From Owenia fusiformis (lineage: Eukaryota), in contig CAIIXF020000001.1 in NCBI GenBank assembly GCA_903813345.2, forward strand, positions 12,586,001 to 12,650,000: 64,000 nucleotides of DNA, given 5' to 3'. A program made the position numbers and the translations under genes. Below the pieces are notes generated by a model. The model did no database searches. It had not been told where the DNA came from and was given only the letters and a program-made list of their open reading frames with translations. Shown piece after piece: positions 54,401 through 64,000 of this stretch (position 1 is the stretch's first letter; every line of letters begins with the position of its first letter).

Positions 54401-57400
54401 AGTAGTTTATCCTTAGCTTGTTTCACACCACTCGGGTCCCCCTCGATACGGATAACCTTGCTGTTCTCCGTGTCAGATGGGATCCGGATGGACACACCTG
54501 TTTCATTTTTGATTTGCCCAACTGAAAACACAACGCAATGTTCTTAGTTTTTGGTCAGACTTAAACCTCATAAATTTAGTCAGTCCCCAATCTAGGATAA
54601 TGTTGGTAAGTACAAAATACTAATTTTTGTATAGACAGGTTCTTTATGTCCACACTCAAACTTTGTTTGGTGAAACTGACATTAATAGATAGAAGAAGGG
54701 TTAAATTCTTCATTGTTCTAACCCAAGCAGTTGTAAGAAACAAGATTTTCCAAAAGGACAGGCGAAATCCTCTACATTATAAAAATTGGAAAACAATATA
54801 AATAAATATACTTACCATTGGCACCTCCTTTACCAATGATGTGGCGATGGTATTTCTGGTCGATTTCAATCTCGGCAAAGTCCATTCGTGTCAACTACAA
54901 TTACAACAATCACATTTCAATAAATTGAAACATGTAGAAGTAAACACATATATAAAGTAATATGAAACATACCCTTAATAATGATTGAAAATTGCATTAC
55001 ATTATTGGACAAAAAGAGCCTCGGGTATTTTACTTATATAATAGTTTACGCTCATTAAATTAAGAAGGCGTATTGAAAACTGACATAATCTCAATCAAAA
55101 AGTGATGTTCAAACAGAGGTGACAGCAATGTATTTGTACAATAACTAGTAACAAAACATACATTCAACTTACAGGGCAAAGTACAAAGAGGGATACACAT
55201 TATGTCAGATGCAATTTTCAATTTCATATCATAACTTTTATACTGCTTTATTTTCTTCATCAAATGAAAATAAACTGATTATTCAGAGTATAAAATGGGA
55301 AAAATGTGCGACATTATATAACCCTTTATTTTGCATTTTGACGAACTATCGTTTGCATTAGAGGAATGTGCATTCATATCAACTCTACCTCAGCCATGAT
55401 TGCAAAAAGACCGGAAATGTAACCATTCTTATCTCACTAGGGCACAAATGAAACCACACTCTATTAGGAATCTTATCAGTACAGATCACATATGGTAACT
55501 TCACATTTAGAATTCATTTTATAACACGTGAACGACATTATTGGCCACCATAATATTAATTAAAAGTTAACAATTAAAAGTTTGCCAATGACCGACTTCA
55601 TCAGATTACTAGAATATTTATATATACTTTTTCAAAAAGATTGATATTTATTTATTTATTTTTATATTAAAAAATTCCCAGATTTTTCTTTTGTAATTAG
55701 TGTGTATATCATCGCTTTTTAACTTCATTATGATTCAATTACCTTAAATGAACATATCAAAATTATATCGTATGGTGACATATCAACCAGCTATCAGCCA
55801 ATCAAAATGGAGGATTTCAACAAGGCGTGTAATAATCATACATACTAGGTCTTTTGTAATCTCCTCCAATGCTTTCCTTGCCTCTTCAACCTGCTCAGGT
55901 GGACCCTCTACAATAATCTTGGCATCACCCTCAGTGAACTCAATATGCACCTAAAACATAAGTGGCATTGTGTATCAACTCAATGTCTGTGTGTATTGTG
56001 TCAAGGAAATAACTTATCTATGATATTTAGAAAGGTGAAACCATTTCAACAGTCATGGAGGATTTCAAGCTGGCTACCAATGTGTTGATAGCCAGACAGC
56101 AAGAAAAGTGGGAGATGATAAAATCACACATAGTTAGGCAAGGTGTGTCTGATTCCAGCCAATCCGAACACAGTATTTCACATGACAGCAGTGCATAAAA
56201 TAATCAATTATGCACTCAAGGTCACTAGTAAACAGTTGCCATGGTGATAAATGGACTTTTCAGATTCGATTTGATGACTTGCCAACTTGACACTTGCAAA
56301 AAATTCCATTACAAATGTGTTCTTTTGGTGATTTTGTTCATATTAAATGATTTTGTTGAAAATATTTTGCAATTTGTGAAAATAATTTAAGCCTAAGACG
56401 CAATGCATTGTAGCTGCTTCATTCCGCTCAGGCGTTCTTTCCCAAACTTTGCATTCCCGCTGCGCGATCATGCAAAGATTTGGAAACAACACCTTCATGG
56501 TATGATTCAGCAAACAATGCACTGAGTCCAGGGCTTAAATCCTTAAACCATGTGAGCTAATAATAAAAAGGACCAATCTTGAATAACAACCATTTTTATT
56601 AATTGAAAATTTTCAAAGTGATTAATATAATATGCTCAATTTGCATATTATTGCTACAACAAATTAACTCATTAATTAACAAATTAACAATTCACACATG
56701 TTCTTCTCTCATTATTGATGATTAAGTCCATACCTTGGGAAGATCTGCAGTGATCTTGTTAACAGTGGCTCCCTTACGTCCAATGATGAATCTATGAAGC
56801 CAGGCAGGTGCATCAACCTCAGCAATAACGATGCTGTTGGCCTTAATTAAAATAGTTCTAGATCATCAACTGTGCAATATTATGACACATCTCAGATCAA
56901 TAATGAAACAAAATACAATGTCGTTATTAAGTATACTGTATTATACTTAATTTTAATTCAGAGACGCTTTAAATACCAAGTGTAAAATTTTTTTATAAAA
57001 ATTTAATCTGTGAAAGTGGAAAGATCGGTGGAAATATCTGACCCACCAATTTTTTTAAAGTGACTTGCAAACTTCCAAAAAATGATGCCAAACAGAAATA
57101 CTAAGAATCTAGAATGTAAAAGGTAAAGCACAAGCAAAACTATTTAGCCAATCAGGAATATATTTGACATATATAGTATAATGTACCTTTGAATAGACCA
57201 GGGTGAGTGCTGGTCCCAGTTTGTCCTGCTCTCCCCTCAGTGTGATTGTATTGGAGTTGCTCTCTGGTGGAGGGACCTCCACACTCACTCCAGTAGCTGC
57301 AAGAATCTCAGAGAGATTGGTACCACGGGGTCCAATCACATACTTATGCTGTGATTTGCGCACCTCTACTGATACAGGCTGGCATAGGCGTTTCTACAAA

Positions 57401-59785
57401 ACAGGACCATTAAACACATATATTTGATACTCAAAGGGGACAAGTGAAGCATGCCTCAGAAGGATTTTAGCCCTTCTGATCAGTATTAAATTACAGATGT
57501 TCTGTTAATTTCTACATACACCCTTAAATCATCAGTTTGAATTTCATTTCTCATAGACCAATGAACCCTTGGTTTAGTTCTAAAACTTCAAAATGGACTA
57601 TTAGTTGAAAGAAATCATTCTTACAGTTTTTCAGAATCCAAAGGACAAACAACATTTGTAAGGGATACAGTATGAGCATACCTTTTCTTCATAGACTTTC
57701 ATGATCTGCTGTTTGGCTGAGATGACACCATCCTTATCACCAGACACAACAATCTCATCCTTCTCCACGCTGGGTGGGGGCACATTGATACTGGCTCCAG
57801 TCTCTTCACGTAGCTGCTTCAAGATGCTGTTGTTGGGTCCAACAATGAAAGGATGGTATACCTTTGGGATTGGGAGCCTTTCAAAGGCAAGTTTTGACTG
57901 AAAAGACAACAGAAAACACCGGTCAAGAAATGTTTTCTTAATGCAACACAATGTGTCTACCAAGGTTAAAACTACATGTATATGGACTTGATTGTCACTA
58001 TTTAAATAAATTACTTTTCACAGTCCTTATTTTTGAAAATCCAGTATGCAAGTATCTAAATAGCAGGGGTAAGAGTTGAATGTACTGTACTCACCCTCTC
58101 TTCAGATATCAGAAGGATCTCATGCTGGGCTTTATCAATGCCCTCCTTGGTTCCGATGATCTTCACAATGTCAGACTTTTCCTCTGGTCGGGGTATGGTG
58201 ATCTTGGTCTGGGTTTCTAATTCAAGTTGTTGCAACTTCTTGCCATCTCTACCGAGCAAGAAACGATGGTGCTCTTTGGGTATTGCCACAGTCGTGTTAG
58301 CCTGGAAGATGAGCACATTGAATAATATACTTTACTCTAATATATTCTATGGTGGATACAGCTTTAGCTCAGTGAAATCCATCTACCTACCAATGGAGCA
58401 CATCACATACATGGTATCAGTGATACATCCATATATCAACATATTATAGTCTTTTAATTCTATAAAAGGAGACATGAAGAGTGTTCAGAACATACGAATT
58501 CCATTGATCTTTAAAGCCAGCCAGTATCAGATCTGTCAAACAGAAACTTTTTCTTTACCATAACGAATAAATACGACCTTATCAAAATTACTAAATAAAG
58601 AGATGTCACTGGTTTCACACCCTATGAGAATTAACTACAGGAAGAACCCTACGCATTTTCTACTATTAAGTATGATTTGACATACCTGAGTTTGCAGTTT
58701 GTTGACAACTTCCCTGCGTGCTCTCATGACTGCATCCATCTTGCCAGTGATGACCACTGTCAAACTTAGATCCTTTGCTAGAGACATCTCAATGGACACA
58801 CCTTCAAGAAACAGTTTTGAGGTAATTATCATGTAGTTTTGCGGTAATTTTCATACAGTTTTGAGGTAATTATCATACACCCTTGTATGTAGCTCATTCA
58901 CTTTCACAAATAGGGGAAAATACATGGTATTAGAAGAAAGGTATACGATGTAAGATTTGGTTAGATATACGTACAGACTGAGGTAAATGTAACCACGATT
59001 GACCTGGCTGCAAAACTATATGAACCGTGAATATTCTGATAATATGCATGGATGAAAATTAACAAACAAGATTGTAAGCTTGACATTTCTAAGATTCAGC
59101 AGAATAAATTGCTTCTCAGGTTAATAAATGCAAGCTAATTAATCACACAGTTGTGTTTACAATCTCCCTTGGGATGAATTATAATAGCAAATAGGCATGC
59201 ATCTCTACACTTTTGAGTTAACATCATGGGAAATAACCAACTCCAAGGAGTTTGAGGATCAAAATAGCTAATGAATCTCTATGTATGTACCTGTTTTCTG
59301 CATGATATCTTGGCATATTTTAGACTGCTGTTCTGCTTGCTCACCAAATCCTGTACTGTTCACCTTGTAGCGTCGTTCCTCCAGTGGTACCTTAAACACC
59401 TAATAACAGAAGCAATTTTTGTAGTTATACATGGGTATATTGAATCAACATTATAAATCACATTCAGTCTAGGCATTGCTTGCAGTTTTTATCACCTTCT
59501 TATATTCAATTAATATTCTGAAACTGTAAATTATATAAGTATTAATAAGCTAATCTAAGCTTGTATTATCTCAGGTACCTGGGTAACTTTGGATGACTTG
59601 AGGCTGGACATTTTGACTGGTACATTCCATGATCCCTTGCTCGGAGCTGCCTGTTCTACGGGTCTTGGCACTGGGGCCTCCATGGGTGGGAATGCCTCAG
59701 AGTAGGCCTCGACACCCACAGGCTCATAGGCCTCATCTTCAATATTATACTCTGCCGGGGTTAAATTCTCCATGTCTAAACTCAT
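45491..59785 (-). CDS. HDLBP: Vigilin / high-density lipoprotein-binding protein (multi-KH RNA-binding protein)
   Basis: About 21 coding exons (approximately 59785-59579, 59399-59291, 58801-58686, 58301-58094, 57897-57682, 57393-57187 ... 46197-45980, 45709-45491). They carry repeated KH GxxG loops (HRFLLGRDG, HKYVIGPRG, HKFLIGRGG, HRFIIGQKG, HRRLIGGKG) and a vigilin-like C-terminus (APW...APD...EEFP...WGP). Confidence 0.95.
47128..48357 (+). CDS. Single-exon 409-aa type II membrane protein, putative glycosyltransferase-like, nested antisense in a vigilin intron
   Basis: Uninterrupted ORF with an N-terminal hydrophobic anchor (GIYLTTIICWQIIFFL), a stem and the motifs FYMYTNNDILF, FPWKSIPNFVIGAPFYADWL and DVSYTTMAIHQ. 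ATTAAA lies at about 48473. Confidence 0.75.
   Translation: MAIQISNISKIFASPGIYLTTIICWQIIFFLKFDGKTGCLKTSKRHHREIFHTNRIDKRKSNIVIEQGHLPRLLEETEQGTPRKTLVLGNHKPHQAPKLLTIFTTFSEHDKSMFGIQNNTICNFAHFPGKITNLVVFVTESFHQNRPIKCSHTCLNDTICDTVHPKWSIIHLNKTLMPNGKRPILKSMFLEVQRQFSSEFYMYTNNDILFHTDRLLNSLKTISVHTKTEKMKNYLITGGRRNEKFYDPTKQATKILKSGKDDEIMQISRTAQKMNGNDKEYLITGRDSFPWKSIPNFVIGAPFYADWLILYCNKLYTATFDVSYTTMAIHQEGQELADKHTQMTTSLDNINADIFKRFVKHEYNIKQSNLKCCTYRTLFKKDFRFYVQKNPLFISKNCILKDMQLPNPG
50560..51630 (-). mobile_element. Degenerate Tc1/mariner transposon in a vigilin intron
   Basis: TIRs cagggcgttcaataagtattgctaattttg / caaaattagcaatacttattgaacgcca are flanked by TA. Minus-strand remnants HQDNAPAH (about 51175-51195) and APLDF...KRDLRG are typical of mariner transposase. 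Confidence 0.85.
52188..52888. mobile_element. HINE-like non-autonomous element
   Basis: Subterminal inverted repeat atcccaacgaac / gttcgttgggat, internal tandem units, a (gacg/gact)n microsatellite and a 3' hairpin. Confidence 0.65.
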
Positions 59786-62042
59786 AGTCGGGTTTCAGTT
59801 CCGAGTCGTACAGTACTGGTATTTCCTGAAATAACAAATTCAATAAATATATTTAATTTTCTGAGACCAATTGTTGCACTTGTAATATAGGTCTTGCCTT
59901 ACGTCTCTATTTCCACATGATGCCCATATTCAATCATTTTAATAGACTTATTTGTAAGACTATTATTTCACAGATTTAAGACAAGGTCGGGTAGCCCAGA
60001 AAGTAGTACACAGTATCATCTTGTAATTTATTTATCACATGTGTAACTGTTAAATATGTAGATTAAGTACCAGATTAATCAATACATATCTCGTGACTAT
60101 GTTTATATTTCTAACACAATCATATACCGCATACAAATGCTATAACAAAAAACACAAGGCAATCTAATTATGGTATTCAGCAGGCATGGTAGCCCTGGTA
60201 AATCAGGTGGCATTATGATGCATAATACACTAATTTTTATAGACAAAGGAGTACGAACTAACAAGAATCTATATTCTAGACCCAGTAATTGAGTTGTAGG
60301 TTTAAGTCCCAAGCAGTCTGATAATTATAGATCATCGAACTGTAATTCATTCATAAGATTGTTTCAGCAACAGGAGTTGACTCATGAAAAAAAGTTGTTG
60401 GTCTCACAATTTCCAAGCATCGATTAAGAATTACAATACAAGCTAAAGTTGTTTAAGTCACACAGGAACTACATATACTTCAAAATCTTTAGTCATAATT
60501 TATCACAGATTGTGTCCTTTATGTTATGAAGTGTCAATGATTAAAGGTAACTAAGATTTTTTAAATCATGTCTTAACCTTAGAAGCCTACAGAGACATTG
60601 GTCCTTAAGTTAAACAAGGCATCAACATGCAAAATGTCACCACTTGCCATTTGTTTCAAATGCCAACCACCAACACCAACCACCTAATCAGACACGTAAT
60701 GACCTCAAACACAAAATAAGATCTTGATCTAGAAATTAACACACATTTTGTTAAACGGTGACTCATAAACAGGTAAAGCAAAATGTCAAGGATAAACGAT
60801 GAATACAAATGACAGTGGTACTTATAATGAAAGTATAAATTACAACAAGGCCAAAGGTATTACAACAAGGCCAAAGGTTCACATTCACAAAAACAATGGA
60901 ATAAGCATTAAGCAAGGATTAATGAAATAACAATGAAAAGTCAGATAGAAATGTAAAATCACTATTAGTTCATGGTGATGTCTAAGAGAAATGATGTACA
61001 AAAAAGCATGACAAGAGAATTATTTATTTATAAATAAGGCAGCATACAATTCAATCCCTTCCTGTGCCTGGGTTTCACTTGTATTTGAGACTTTGTATAT
61101 CAAGTTCAAAAGTGCAAAAGTTGAACAAAAACTTACAGTTAAGGATGGTGTCAAATTATCAAAAGAGAAACAAAGTTAGTTCTGTTAGGGGGAGGGAGTA
61201 AATGATGGAAAGGTTTCATAAGCAAAGTGTGTTTTTTTAACATCCAAGTGAAAGACAAATCAAATTAAAAAGTTTTGTTAGATGGGGGCCCGGGGATGAG
61301 GGGAGGAAGGGGTCAATTGGTCAAACCATAACGAAATAAACTTCATTTTTTGCACAATTGTTGATAATTTGACACTATCCATTACATATAAAAGGCATCA
61401 TATACTAAAATTGAAGACTTAGGCCTTTAAAACAGAGTCGCTACATATGAGAATTATGAAAGGGAGACACATGTGTGAGATGTCATTGACAAAAGCTGCA
61501 AGTGATGTAAACATTTGACTCTTCAACATTACAAACATTAAGTTACAGACATAACCTCTGATGATGCTTTTGTTTATAAATCAGACCACACTGAAATAAG
61601 GGCAGTTACCACAATATGTAAATTCAATAGAACATCATAGTCAAATGGGTTGATACAGATCAACAACTGTAACATGTTAAATCACAGATTGAGAAATGTA
61701 ACATACATAATCACAGATAGACAAATGTGAGTCTGACACATGTCACACAATCACAGTATTCTCATACGTGACGCATATACTCAAAGATTAATTCATGGCA
61801 TGAACCAAATTTACAGAATTTTGGTATGCGATTCATATTCAGAATTGTGACTGTAGTTTTAGTAACTTGACCCAATAAAATTCTGACACATTGATTTACT
61901 AATATTAGTATAGTCTAGCAATAAAAATATTCAGATCTCTCACAGGCCAAAGATTAATATTCCATATGGGATATCAAGTTAGTAAGAGGAGGTTTATAAT
62001 CATATGATTTCCATGAGCTAAATTGATATATCTGCTGGGGTC

Positions 62043-62193
62043 AACCCAGTTGTCCGAAACCCAGTTCTCCGAAACCCAGTTGTCCGAAACCCAGTTGTCC
62101 GAAACCCAGTTGTCCGAAACCCAGTTGTCCGAAACCCGGTTGTCCGAAACCCAGTTGTCCGAAACCCAGTTCTCCGAAACCCAGTTCTCCGAA
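62043..62193. repeat. 15-bp minisatellite (aacccagttgtccga), about 10 copies
   Basis: Direct tandem units with g/c variants. Confidence 0.95.
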
Positions 62194-64000
62194 AATTAAA
62201 AAACTAAATGTCTTAGTAACGAATCTTGTCGCAACTTCGCGAATCAGGACAGCATTGGTATCACATTGACATCGGTTAGCCCGGTCAATAATGGGTCCGA
62301 AAGTTCACGATCATATATATATATTCTTACTAGATTCTCGGCACATAGACTTATATGGACATTCTACAAATTTTGAACCGCATTGTCCAGCACGAATCGC
62401 ACTCCTTCTTGGTGAAAATTCAAGACTGCCGCCAACATTTTAGACAATTATCACAGTCGAAGAGAATATTCTGGCGAAAGGAATATCTATCTCATTAGAA
62501 TAACGTATGGACGTCCGTGACAATTATATATATTCATTTGATAATTTTTTTCATTCCCTTTTCTCAATAAAATATGGTTAATTATGTTTTCCAATATCAA
62601 TTGATAATATTTCTACCCTGAAAAATATCTAAAAAGAAGATTTTGGTTGTTCAGTACCACCCATTGATTTCGTCCAAATTTTCGATAAATTAATAAAATA
62701 TGCTCATTTCGTATAACTTATATATGTGGCATATATACATATCAGATGTCTATCCTTTTTTCATCATAATATAAGAGGTTTGTATGTTTTAGTAGAAACG
62801 TATTCCTTTCCAAACATTTAGATTTAAGAATTTCTCCCATTGGTGATATTGTTCAAAATCAAAACTGTGTTTTGCGATATATTGAACTGTTGAAGTAAGT
62901 GTGTAATAGTTTGTAGTAGAGCCAAGATTTGATCTGTATCATGTACGTACCCTGCATAAAAAAATTCGTTTTTAGTGTGCCATAGATGTCAACCATTAAC
63001 TATTGCAGAATCAAAAAAAGTTTTGTGAAAAATTAGGATAATGTTTCAAAAGTTATACACCGGACAATAAATAACTATACTCAATGCAGACAGGGAGTTT
63101 TAATTGCCCAAAAACTGAGTATCATAATGCATTTGTATCTCTTTAGTATCTTGCATGACTCGTTCATATGAATTCTTTATTTCTACCTCGTTCCTTATAC
63201 ATTCTGAGACAGTTCAACCTTTGCCCCACGTCCTGTTCGTCGTTAGTATGTTGTGACTCGATATAATAGTATAGTTTCCATATAGTTTTTGAAATCTCGC
63301 TAAATCTCGTTTTTCGTGAGATTTTAAGAGACTTGCATATTAGACCTCTAATGACTTACATTACCTTCTTTTAAATGGCATATTTGATTTCAGTGAAATG
63401 TTTTCTCCTTTAATAGCTTTGATTTACACAGTTATGTAATTTGAATAATTTTCTATGACAATTTAAAAAAACTTGGGCCAAATGTCCATAGATGCAATGC
63501 TAAAATTCTTTAAATCCGTGGATTATTTGTATGTCAATCAACATTTGCATGTTTAATCACATCATGTACATAAACAGGGTCATCATGTGGTATATCATTC
63601 AAGTTTTATACAGATTCAACAAACACATTTTGATAAATCATGAAATTAAGCCATTTTCCAAGATTTTAACATGTAAATGAATGGAGCTCTAGCCCAAGTT
63701 AAAAGCTGAATAAAAGATGGCAGCACGAGATTTCATTGATTTTTCTGCTATTTAGAAACTATCCTATTGCCACGCGGTCCTAACTTCGACCGTTAATTTG
63801 AATTTTTGACCTACCGGATATTTGAAAATCAATTACGAGTCTCATACTGCACCGTTTCTCTTCAAACTTGTTCCATTCAAAGCATGACAAAAATCTCTTT
63901 CTGATGGTACGTTATTATCTTAAACAGAGTTCCTACTTCCAGCGTAATTTTGGTCCCCAGCTGTAAGAAGGCCTTCTAACAGCTGGGGAGTGGGGACCAA

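Noticed and set aside
62043-62193. Regular short repeats superficially like a CRISPR array
   Set aside because: The 15-bp units are head to tail with no unique spacers, there are no cas genes, and the context is eukaryotic. It is a minisatellite.

Overview
AT-rich, intron-rich animal genomic DNA, probably from an invertebrate such as a lophotrochozoan (inference). It falls into three parts. (1) About 0.8-33 kb, + strand: a head-to-tail cluster of seven paralogous type I membrane receptor genes, here R1-R7, with R1 5'-partial. All share one exon plan: signal peptide / Cys-rich domain 1 / Cys-rich domain 2 (PAN/Apple-like by inference) / Thr-rich mucin stalk / TM / one long exon for a low-complexity, tyrosine-motif-rich cytoplasmic tail. 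The cluster shows recent turnover: a chimeric gene, truncated tails, a tail pseudogene, an exonic VNTR of tyrosine motifs and a tandem duplication with a templated insert. It looks like an undescribed, fast-evolving immune or recognition receptor family. (2) About 33.4-43 kb, - strand: the 5' exons of an Mn-CDF/MTP-like cation transporter. Its next exon was not found, so the receptor cluster may lie inside its intron. (3) About 45.5-59.8 kb, - strand: a complete vigilin (HDLBP) gene, with an antisense single-exon glycosyltransferase-like gene nested in one intron. MITEs, HINE-like elements, a mariner relic and minisatellites are scattered throughout. Exon boundaries were read by eye from GT/AG sites and phase consistency; no searches were run.
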